A stretch of 55,646 nt of DNA, filler included, from Sanchytrium tribonematis (Eukaryota), in assembly GCA_018985235.1 (NCBI GenBank). It is 4 parts of 4 records of this genome, joined end to end, with 100 filler letters (N's around TTAATTAATTAA, not from the genome) between each part and the next. Parts side by side here need not be neighbours in the genome. Positions count along the whole stretch, not along the records: positions 41,895 to 55,646 come from JADGIG010000182.1; 3 more parts are not named here. One strand, given 5' to 3'. Under the pieces are notes generated by a model that was given only the letters and a program-made list of their open reading frames with translations, searched no databases and was not told where the DNA came from. Below are positions 44,201-53,304 of this stretch, piece by piece. Both the position numbers and the translations under genes were made by a program. Positions within the stretch are counted from its first letter, which is position 1, and the number at the start of each line of letters is the position of its first letter.

Positions 44201-44432
44201 ATCAGTCAGCTTTTAAGAATAGACCAAATCAAATGGACGGAATTAGAAATTTAGAATGTCTTGATTTCATTCTTTTTTACAACAAAACGGAAGCATTTGA
44301 GCAATTTATTCATATTTTAACTGAGATCCCATCATTTTCTCATACTATACAACATCTTATAGATTCACTGCGCCAAAAATCTTGATTTCATCTCCACCCA
44401 AAGAACCTTGTTCTTTTTAACAAAAAACAAAA
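44199..44432 (+). mobile_element. 5'-truncated non-LTR element 3' end, copy 2
   Basis: High identity to 34811-34976 plus ~64 nt absent there; ~61 open codons, TGA, short UTR, A-rich tail. Confidence 0.6.
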
Positions 44433-44435
44433 TCC

Positions 44436-44514
44436 CATCTTTTCTTTTTCATATACGCGTAATGCAATATGTTGTCCGACACTTAGATAGTATAGTGTCT
44501 CTTGCAATAGTGTA
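44436..44514 (-). pseudogene. 79-nt duplicated fragment of ATP synthase g gene
   Basis: Matches 46777-46855 with 5 substitutions. Confidence 0.85.
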
Positions 44515-44579
44515 ATCATTTCTCCAAGTTTGGAGGGAAAGATTGCAAATAGTTCGCAGTTAGCAACATATCCATATTA

Positions 44580-45575
44580 TTATTTATTTTTCTTATGTAA
44601 ATCTTCCAGTAAATTATACGCATTGCTTATCTCTTGAAACTTATTTGTTGCGCCAGAATCCTTATTTCTATCTGGATGAAATTCCTTTGCCAATTTGCGA
44701 TAAACTTTTTTGATTGCGCTATCACTAGCACCTTGACTCAATCCCAATATTTTGTAGGCCTGTGCTGATTTATCTGCTGCAGAATTAAAAAATGATGGAC
44801 CACTATTAGTATTAGTATTAGTGTTAGATTGAGCATTCGACTTGGTGTTAGAATCTGATGGAGATGACCCAGTATTATCTCCTGTATCCGGATTATTTGA
44901 TCTTTCCCTATGCCTTATCAATCTTGTAAATTCCATAGCTGATAGCACGAGACCCGCAGCTCCAGAAACGAATGCAAAGATAGACCCGATGAGAAACACA
45001 AATTCTTTGTTACTGCAAGCTTCTTCAATGTCACCAATGCATTTAAATCTATTAAAAGAATCAATATACGAGTCATATGCTGCAGGATCTCCTCTGAGTG
45101 TTGCATCCGGACAATTTTTGTCATACAATGCTTCACGAAAATCTGTTGACATGTAATGATCGTATTGTTCCACAAAGAAGCCACCAGCAATCAATGCTGC
45201 CAAAGATATTATAAGTAATGGAATTGCCCTCTTTTTACTTCTCTTTTTCAATTCATGACTCCCGAAAGATTCGACCTCAAACCCCTCAATTGGCAATTTG
45301 TTTGGCAATAAATCACTTTCAGAACCTCCCTGCTGTAAATACAAAGCAAATGACTTCTTCAAGAATTCCACTGCATCCGAATGATCACTTGCAAGTCCAC
45401 AAAGACTTGGTAACGTATTTCCTGATTGTTTTGAGTGTAAGTTGTACAAATGAATCATCAAATCGTGCAATTCTATTCTTAAATAAGGCGGCACTTGACC
45501 CTTATCTAAGAATGTCTGAATTTCACTCGATGGTACCATCATGGCAAATACCATTGTCAATTGTATCCAAATCAT
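44580..45575 (-). CDS. Leader + two TM + C-terminal J-domain protein
   Basis: MIWIQLTMVFA; AYKILGL...YRKLAKEFHPDRN...FQEISNAYNLL. Confidence 0.85.
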   Translation of the reverse strand: MIWIQLTMVFAMMVPSSEIQTFLDKGQVPPYLRIELHDLMIHLYNLHSKQSGNTLPSLCGLASDHSDAVEFLKKSFALYLQQGGSESDLLPNKLPIEGFEVESFGSHELKKRSKKRAIPLLIISLAALIAGGFFVEQYDHYMSTDFREALYDKNCPDATLRGDPAAYDSYIDSFNRFKCIGDIEEACSNKEFVFLIGSIFAFVSGAAGLVLSAMEFTRLIRHRERSNNPDTGDNTGSSPSDSNTKSNAQSNTNTNTNSGPSFFNSAADKSAQAYKILGLSQGASDSAIKKVYRKLAKEFHPDRNKDSGATNKFQEISNAYNLLEDLHKKNK

Positions 45576-45779
45576 GTTTCAAGGACCTACTTGTGCTTCA
45601 AACACATGTTGGGTCATTTGACTAAAATGACGCAATAATGATGTCATTGGTGCATAGATCACTCTGTCAAATCAATGACATGTACATCAAAATGAACAAC
45701 ACGTAATACGTATTTGTATTGATTGTATTTGCATTAAAATCCCATCTGGATTGATCAAACGAGGAGATTCTCTCTAAAA

Positions 45780-46547
45780 ATGGGCCATTTTGAAGACTAT
45801 TTCCAATATATTCTCACTGGTATGGAATCCATCTTATTTATAATCACTATAGTCATGGCATATTACATATTTCCACAAAAAATAAAGCCATTTTATATTA
45901 TATTGAATATTGCATTGATTTCTACCATGATTACTGCATTATTTGCAACACCGCAACTCGTTGAGATACCCACAATGATGCAATTGATTATTCAGGGATT
46001 CTTTTGGCATAGTATGATCTTTTTTGGAAATTGGGCTTATTCTAGACGGATATTGACATTGGGGATACAAAGTCAATATGATAAATTGGTGAAATTGACA
46101 CCTTACATATTGATTATTATTACGACACCTACTGCTGGATTGGTGACTGGATTTGTGGATTTTAAATCGGAATATTTGAGAGCCATGGCGGATATTTCAT
46201 TTATTGTGTTTTCTGTGTGTATGTGCATTGTGGAATTTGGATTATTTGCCATTTTATTACAGAAAGTATTTTATATTTTGGAGTATAGAGTGGCAGCTAA
46301 ACGTAAAATTAGAAATGAGTTGATTTTTAGTTTAATTTTATTGATTATTATTGAGACTGGATTGGTTGTGAGTATTGTGAGACAGAGTGCATTTGCTGTG
46401 ACTTTAAGACCATTGACTTATTTTATTCGATTGTTGTTTTTGATTCGATTTTATTCGGGATTGATGGATTCTTTGGATCAGCCAATTGATTTGAGAAATA
46501 CGTCTAAATCGAATGATTCTGGGTATCATTTGAGTTTTAATGTTTAA
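45780..46547 (+). CDS. ~7-TM membrane protein (GPCR-like topology, unassigned)
   Basis: Regularly spaced hydrophobic helices. Confidence 0.65.
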   Translation: MGHFEDYFQYILTGMESILFIITIVMAYYIFPQKIKPFYIILNIALISTMITALFATPQLVEIPTMMQLIIQGFFWHSMIFFGNWAYSRRILTLGIQSQYDKLVKLTPYILIIITTPTAGLVTGFVDFKSEYLRAMADISFIVFSVCMCIVEFGLFAILLQKVFYILEYRVAAKRKIRNELIFSLILLIIIETGLVVSIVRQSAFAVTLRPLTYFIRLLFLIRFYSGLMDSLDQPIDLRNTSKSNDSGYHLSFNV

Positions 46548-46560
46548 TAAAATGCATTTA

Positions 46561-46893
46561 TTAATGATGTACGTGTGGTTTTCTTGGTAAAATAGAGCCT
46601 CTTCCAATCATTTCTCCAATTGTGAAAAATCCAACTAATTCTAATCCGACTTTACCAGTGCTCTTTAATTGTTCAACATTAGGCATCTGCTTATTTCTGA
46701 CCATTTGAATGGCTTGTCGGGCTACAGTCAACAATCCTTTTGAGGATGCTTCTAATTCTTTCGCATTTGGAGGAGACATCTTTTCTTTTTCGTATACGCG
46801 TAATGCAATGTGTTGTCCGACACGTAGATAGTATAGTGTCTCTTGTAATAGCGTATTTGCCATTTTAGAAGCACGATTTGCGAATGATGACAT
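46561..46893 (-). CDS. ATP20: Mitochondrial ATP synthase subunit g
   Basis: VYEKEKMSPP, ELVGFFTIGEMIGR. Confidence 0.88.
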   Translation of the reverse strand: MSSFANRASKMANTLLQETLYYLRVGQHIALRVYEKEKMSPPNAKELEASSKGLLTVARQAIQMVRNKQMPNVEQLKSTGKVGLELVGFFTIGEMIGRGSILPRKPHVHH

Positions 46894-46917
46894 TGTTTGA
46901 CCCGTTTAAAATAAAAT

Positions 46918-47364
46918 TTATTTGATAGATCCACTTAAATTCATTAATGAGAGACAAATGCCACTATCCAGTACTTCAACCCAGTCATCATCAACATCTG
47001 CTTCAATATTATTAACAAGAAATGGAGCACATGGCTCGTATCCAATGATTTCTACGCCTCTGACTTCAAAAATGGCAAAATCAAATGTGATTTCTCCATT
47101 CTCTGGCTCATCTACTTGATATACGAGCGCCTCCAATACGTCTATTTTACCATCTTTTTTACAGAATTTGCAATGAATGACTACATTCGCATCTGATCGT
47201 GAATTTTGCGCAGAATATCTCTCATTTGGGTCAACTGTGATTAAATTGGCATACTCCTCTCTACATTGGGTGCATTTAAGTCGAATCGGATACACCATAT
47301 CGCTACTTGCTTCAATTTTAGTGATATTTTCAACTTCGCAGTGAATCTGCAATGTTTGTTTCAT
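46918..47364 (-). CDS. DUF866 / CXXC zinc-binding protein (CZIB-like)
   Basis: LKCTQCRE, SRSDAN, CKFCKK, FEVRGVE. Confidence 0.85.
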   Translation of the reverse strand: MKQTLQIHCEVENITKIEASSDMVYPIRLKCTQCREEYANLITVDPNERYSAQNSRSDANVVIHCKFCKKDGKIDVLEALVYQVDEPENGEITFDFAIFEVRGVEIIGYEPCAPFLVNNIEADVDDDWVEVLDSGICLSLMNLSGSIK

Positions 47365-48892
47365 AACAATCTCCCTCTACGCTGCTTGATTTGTTACATT
47401 ATCAGCTCCAATTGCTCTGCCTAATATTTAAATTACTATTTGATGAATAAATGCCGTTAGTTATGAAAGTCTGAACTGTGCGCCATCTCGCATTTCTCCG
47501 GGTGCACATGAAACACACATGTCTGCCCATTGATTTCGATGCAGCATTCTACGATTATTCGAGTAATAATTACATATAAATGGGTATAATTTTATAAGCA
47601 AAGAAGTCTAATTTAAATTCACCTCACAAATAGCACTCGAATGACAAGGAAGCTGAATATCCAGGCAGTGGAGAAGTTTATTGGGTCAAATCCTACTTAG
47701 AGCCATTATCATCAGTGTCTACTATATGAATCACAGCGTACCACGTTATGGCACTCTTGGAAATCCTACTTAAGGCGTTTAGATTGTATTAAAAGTATTT
47801 GTCACTAAATTGACTATAGATAGCTAAAAAGAGAGATTCCAGGTAATGAAGATCTAATTAAGACTTCTGACTTGTTTGCGGGTGATATTCAATCCAAACG
47901 GGAAGAATACAGCCATTCCTGTAGTGCATACGTTTCGCATATTTACAAAAATCTGTGAGAGAGACAATTCATCATAAGAGACATGCTCGACACACTAAAG
48001 ATATATTTAATAAGCTATGTTATGAGTTTCAAGCTATGATATTTCCAGGTAAATGGAATGTGATGAGTATGGTGAAAATATTGAAATATTTTTTACATAC
48101 TTCCAAATACGTGCTGCAGGTCTAGTAATCCCTCCATTAGTTGCTTTGAACATTAATGAAGCTTAATTTGATGCAAAATATTGTAGAATATCAATCATGT
48201 TTACAAATAGCTCAGTTGCATTTTGGGTGTTTTAAAACTAGACTCGTATCTCACTAAGATCTGTCACTAAAAACATCCTGTTACTTCTAAAAGTTGCCTG
48301 TTGTATAGTTGACTCGATATTAGCCTAGATTTGTCTTGCTTTGTGGATATTTGTGTGACAGCTTAAAAAAGAGTTGAATTTTATGCTAAAATGTGCCTTT
48401 TTGATCTACTTTCCAGCATTTAAATACATGAGATGAGTTGGCATGACATATCATATGATTCTTCTATGTTGAAAGATTCTTAATTACCTATAAATGCCCT
48501 CATAATGAAAAAATTGATGGTTTTTAAATGAGGTCGATCAAACATCATGCGATTTAACAGACTAACCGGCATGTATTCGCTTTAATAAATAGATTTATTT
48601 ATTATCTACCACTAGATCTAGTCCAAAAACCCGACCATTTGGAAGATATCGTGAACGATGGGACTAAATAAATCGAAATTACTGCTGGATTGATTTGGCA
48701 TTCTGATAATACACGAGCGTGGGTTGATGCGGTAGTGTCGTCATCTTTTCTACCTTTAATCTGGAAGTATTTAAAATATCACGCTGAGGAGCCATCGATG
48801 TTCAGAGATCAAGGGGTTGTTTTGTTTTAAAGCCACCCGGAATAGCCAATAGAATCACTTGCATGGATGACTAAAAGGTAAACGACGCCTAT

Positions 48893-49981
48893 TTATTGAT
48901 TGATCATAGAAATAAAATCATTTTTTTCAATCGACTGCCATCTAGATCCAAATTTCTTCATAAATTGATTTTTCATTTTCCACAATGTCATATTGGCCAA
49001 TTTGATCTTTAATTCATGTACTCTAGGCATCTCTACAATAGGCAAGTCGCTATGTATCTCTTGACAGTAAATATTGAACTGGGGAATCAGCAAATTTTGA
49101 AAATGTAAATCAATAAAAACATGTTTTGCTCTTAAATTAAGTTGTTTTAATGAGCATTCTTTCGGTAGGGTATTGAAATTGATTAAATGATCTGTCTCAT
49201 AATCAAATAACTCCAAATTCTTGAAATCTGCAAGAAATTTAAACGTATTAATATACTGCTTTTTTTCAAAGATTTTAAGGGTCTTGAGATTTGGATAAGT
49301 CCATGGCAATACGCTACTAAAGTCCATTGTGATATTCTCATGTCCATAAATCACATTCATGATCCATAACTCTGTTATAAATGCAAATGTCATCTTTTGC
49401 ACCAATTGAGGCAATGCGCGGGTTCCACCGTACACAAAATCAGCGTAATCATCGTTAATTTCACCCACATTATCCCATAAAATAGCAGTTTTGACATTGG
49501 GTTTGTCTTGGCATTTAAGATATGCGATGGAATCTTGCGATGAAATTGTCCAACATTCTTGTAAATTGGGCATTAAATCGAATTCACACCAGTCTATGCA
49601 GTTGCAATACGCTTTAAGTACCTTGACATGCTTTAAAAAAGATGCTGTTTTGTAGAATGAAGGGAAATCAACCACGGAAGAATTAATTCTAAAATGCGTT
49701 GGAGTCAAATGCTGCCATAAAACACTCAATTCGGGTATCTGAGATCTTTCAAACTCACCAAATATACTTAGGGTGACCACTTGATCACCGTGAAATTGAT
49801 TAATTTCTAGTAAATGGATCAAATGAAGATAATTGGATGGATTCACGAATAAATGCTTCCAATTGATGAGATACAGCTTGGAATAGAGTGATTTGTTGAC
49901 TAGGGACAAGTGATAAATGTCGGATTCCTCTAAATTTAGAAGAAGCATGTTTAAAATATCCTCTGAAAAATTTTCAATCAT
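48893..49981 (-). CDS. F-box + LRR-like protein
   Basis: NFSEDILNMLLLNLEESDIYHLSLVNKSLY F-box; PNLKTLKI/KNLELFD repeats; CCCCC before ATG 49981. Confidence 0.7.
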   Translation of the reverse strand: MIENFSEDILNMLLLNLEESDIYHLSLVNKSLYSKLYLINWKHLFVNPSNYLHLIHLLEINQFHGDQVVTLSIFGEFERSQIPELSVLWQHLTPTHFRINSSVVDFPSFYKTASFLKHVKVLKAYCNCIDWCEFDLMPNLQECWTISSQDSIAYLKCQDKPNVKTAILWDNVGEINDDYADFVYGGTRALPQLVQKMTFAFITELWIMNVIYGHENITMDFSSVLPWTYPNLKTLKIFEKKQYINTFKFLADFKNLELFDYETDHLINFNTLPKECSLKQLNLRAKHVFIDLHFQNLLIPQFNIYCQEIHSDLPIVEMPRVHELKIKLANMTLWKMKNQFMKKFGSRWQSIEKNDFISMINQ

Positions 49982-50159
49982 TTTCTTACTGGGGGAAAAG
50001 ACGACCAAAGATGCGCCCTTCAAATGATGACTCATCCGATGTGTTTATTTTATCATCGATGATGTAAAATACACGAGATATACCTGCTTATTAAGGAAAT
50101 GTGACTGGGAAGCCGAAAAAACAATAAAATATTTTAAATTTTCATTAAAAGCTCATTTA

Positions 50160-50618
50160 TTAATTTTTATTATAACGGCCACGTTGATATGATGCAGAGA
50201 CTTGCGTCAATACAATAGTATTCTTCAAAAGTTTGGTATAATACGCAAAACTCTTTTTTGTTCTCAATTGAGATTCGTCAAACATAGATTTATCAACGAT
50301 TTCTCTGGCTCTTTTATATCTTTTCAGTAATGACTTATGCTCCCGCATTTTACGATTCATAAACCACATTCTTACAGGTTCACGATCTGCGTTTCTTAAC
50401 AACGCTATTTCACTAATCAATTTCGAATTCACATTACCATAATTTTGATCAAAAACTCTCTCAAAATATTCAAAATCATCTTCATTAAGAGCAGATTTGT
50501 TACATCCATTGTTTAAAATGCTTGGGTCATCTAGAATACTGATTAAATCCATTTTTGTAAACGAATTTTTAACTGTTTCACCCGATGCTCTGACGTTAAC
50601 TGGCACGGGGAACGACAT
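50160..50618 (-). CDS. Divergent homeodomain protein
   Basis: FERVF..N...ISEIA...VRMWFMNRKMREHK (helix 3 WFxNR). Confidence 0.7.
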   Translation of the reverse strand: MSFPVPVNVRASGETVKNSFTKMDLISILDDPSILNNGCNKSALNEDDFEYFERVFDQNYGNVNSKLISEIALLRNADREPVRMWFMNRKMREHKSLLKRYKRAREIVDKSMFDESQLRTKKSFAYYTKLLKNTIVLTQVSASYQRGRYNKN

Positions 50619-50906
50619 CGTCAGCTGTCTACTTTTTTAGAAGAAACTGGAGATGCGGAGAATTAAAAGAAATAAAGTAATAAACAAATGATTACTCAAT
50701 TCTACATTCACGGTTTTCTTGAAATCGACAAGTTTGAATTCAGGTCACGCATCAAACAATGTCAAGAAATATATTTTTTGGAACATTTAGATAGTTGGAA
50801 TTTCCAATGCAGTGTATTCATGAATAGCATAAATTATGACAAAAGATGACCTGATGATAAATTATTGACTTTAATTTCATAGGCCATTCTCTCTTTTATA
50901 GTCAGA

Positions 50907-51149
50907 ATGAGTTCTACTGCGAAATGCATTTGTGAGACATGTGGGAAGCAATTAGCCAATAGATATACCCTCAAGAGACATATGAATGTACATTTACCCA
51001 AAATTAGATGTCCATTTTGCGATAAATTGATAAAAGCTGCTGTTAGGGTGGATGCAATGAAGAAGCACATTGAGACATGTCCAGAAAGAAGAAAGCAAGA
51101 TAATTTAGAGCTGCATTTTAGAAAAATGAGTGAAAATAGTCAATTTTAA
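50907..51149 (+). CDS. Small C2H2 zinc-finger protein
   Basis: CETCGKQLANRYTLKRHMNVH; CPFC..H...C. Confidence 0.8.
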   Translation: MSSTAKCICETCGKQLANRYTLKRHMNVHLPKIRCPFCDKLIKAAVRVDAMKKHIETCPERRKQDNLELHFRKMSENSQF

Positions 51150-51175
51150 TAAATTCTATTTTTAGAGGAGTAAAC

Positions 51176-51865
51176 ATGGATTCTTCGTATTTTCGATTTG
51201 TTAATGAACAATTATACACGAGGTCGTCCACTAATATTGATTTAACAGAGCAACAAATGCAAGTTTATCACAAAGGATTTAATTTACAATGTAAATTATG
51301 GAAGACAGATCCTTTATTCTTAATTTATAAGACACTGAATCAATTATTCAATAAGAAGACTATAAAAATAGTGGATGTGGGTGCTGGGGATGGGATATTG
51401 AGTAGGACACTACACCATTATAAGAAATTACTGAATGTAAAGGGTGAATTCATAAATGGCAAATATTTCCAAATAAAGCCAAAATTCAATGCAGACATGT
51501 ATGCCTATGATATTTTACCCATTAATGATTACGTAGAAAAGTGTAATGCCACAGAATTACCATTAGATGATCACAGTTGTCATGCAGCTGTATTTTCACT
51601 TTCTCTAATGGGAACAGATTATGACTTATTTCTTAAAGAAGCTAACAGAGTTATAAAAATGAAGGGATTTATAATAATAGCAGAAGTACAGTCACGCTTG
51701 GTAGATTGCAAATCACAATTTGTAAAAGCATGTAAAGGACTGGGTTGGAAAAAGATTCATGTTAGGGAAGAAACTCATTTTTGCTTATTTGTATTCCAGA
51801 AAGTAGATAAACCAAAATTAGTCGTCTTTCCAGCACTCAACCCGTGTCTATATAAGAAGAGATGA
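51176..51865 (+). CDS. RRP8: rRNA m1A methyltransferase Rrp8/NML
   Basis: FRFVNEQLYT, YHKGF, DVGAGDG, VFSLSLMGT, IAEVQSR, PCLYKKR. Confidence 0.92.
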   Translation: MDSSYFRFVNEQLYTRSSTNIDLTEQQMQVYHKGFNLQCKLWKTDPLFLIYKTLNQLFNKKTIKIVDVGAGDGILSRTLHHYKKLLNVKGEFINGKYFQIKPKFNADMYAYDILPINDYVEKCNATELPLDDHSCHAAVFSLSLMGTDYDLFLKEANRVIKMKGFIIIAEVQSRLVDCKSQFVKACKGLGWKKIHVREETHFCLFVFQKVDKPKLVVFPALNPCLYKKR

Positions 51866-51961
51866 CCCTAATAAACGAATTTTAAATATATTTAAAATGA
51901 AATTTAAATATATAAAATCAAGATAACTAATCGCAATTCAATACTCTTGAATATATATTTA

Positions 51962-52159
51962 TTAGTTCAATCGTGTATATTTACCCCAAATATGTAGAAC
52001 AAACACAGATCCAATAAACGCGAGAGATAAGACCAATACGACGATAGGGTCAACTGCAAATCCACTTAAATCTTCTTCTTGTACATTTTCAGAGCTAGCT
52101 GCTTTCTTTTGACGCTTTCTTTGACGTAATTTGGCAGCAACTGCGGGCTGTTGACTCAT
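51962..52159 (-). CDS. SBH1: Sec61 translocon beta subunit
   Basis: [28 protein letters not shown]. Confidence 0.92.
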   Translation of the reverse strand: MSQQPAVAAKLRQRKRQKKAASSENVQEEDLSGFAVDPIVVLVLSLAFIGSVFVLHIWGKYTRLN

Positions 52160-52772
52160 TTTCTAACAAGGAGAAGAAATAGAAAATATTTTTCACTGAT
52201 TTCTGGCAAATCACAATAAATTGCTCTCAGCGTTTCCAAATAAACCAACTAGAAGTATAAATATTAACTCTCATTATTTTAAATACACTGAAGAGGTTAG
52301 AATCCTTCCATGTCGTCGTATTTTCACAAAACTCTTTTTTCGTCGTAAAATCGATAATCTGGTTTAATAAATAGTCTGAACCATGCCTGCTAGTGAGTCC
52401 TAATTAATAAATTGGCCTTACTGATTGCTAATACGTCACTTCATTAAATAATCTCTCTTATTAATGCTCAATGTGTTCCCTTAATGAACGCGCAGCATTT
52501 GAATTAATTGCAATGCTGTCTGAGTAACATGGTGTTAAACACGTTTTGGGTCAAATTGCTTGCAGTTCCATGCAAAAACATCTGCTGGCGATGATGCATA
52601 TGCACAATGCACATGGAAATTGAGACCACATGATGTTATCTCGCATTTTAACTGGTGGATAAGAAGTTTCACAGTCAAATGACGTCAGAAAAAACCACGA
52701 ATCCCAGCTATCTCGTGTGTGATAGATGCCATTATTTGAAGATCTGGAAACACTCCCTCATATTCTAATTCA

Positions 52773-53132
52773 ATGAATTTAGACTGCAAATGGGATGACT
52801 GTAAATCATCTTTTAAAAACGAGAAGAAATTACTACTGCATTTACAGGATGAGCATCTTTATGGATTCCAATGTTTATGGGAGGGATGCGAGTATACCGG
52901 TACTAAATTCTCCCAACTTAAATCGCATGTTAAAATTCACATTCAATATTTTCCATTTTCTTGCAAAGAATGTAAACGGAAGTTTAAAAGGAAATACGAT
53001 TTGAAAAAGCATATCGAAGCAATGCATACTAGAGATACCACTAAAGAAGAAGCTACGCCGCGGAATAGCGTAGAAGAGAGTACTGAGACCACAAACAGAG
53101 TTTCAATAGATTTTTTACTAAATAATGACTAA
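52773..53132 (+). CDS. Three-finger C2H2 protein (tandem CxW type, Gli/PacC-like)
   Basis: CKWDDC, CLWEGC, CKECKRKFKRKYDLKKH. Confidence 0.85.
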   Translation: MNLDCKWDDCKSSFKNEKKLLLHLQDEHLYGFQCLWEGCEYTGTKFSQLKSHVKIHIQYFPFSCKECKRKFKRKYDLKKHIEAMHTRDTTKEEATPRNSVEESTETTNRVSIDFLLNND

Positions 53133-53304
53133 TTCGATATATTTGCCCAGGTATGGCGTAATTATTAATAAATATAATATTTGAATACATGACCTTGGTT
53201 ATGCGGCTGCGCTCTAAATTAGGCACCCATGCTAGGGATGTGCTAGGGACCTATCTAGATGTCAAGTCACCCCCGCTTCGGAGATCTGATCTTCAAACAT
53301 CAAA

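Noticed and set aside
51879..51898. 20-bp AT palindrome ATTTTAAATATATTTAAAAT
   Set aside because: Pure A/T sequence between convergent genes, expected by chance
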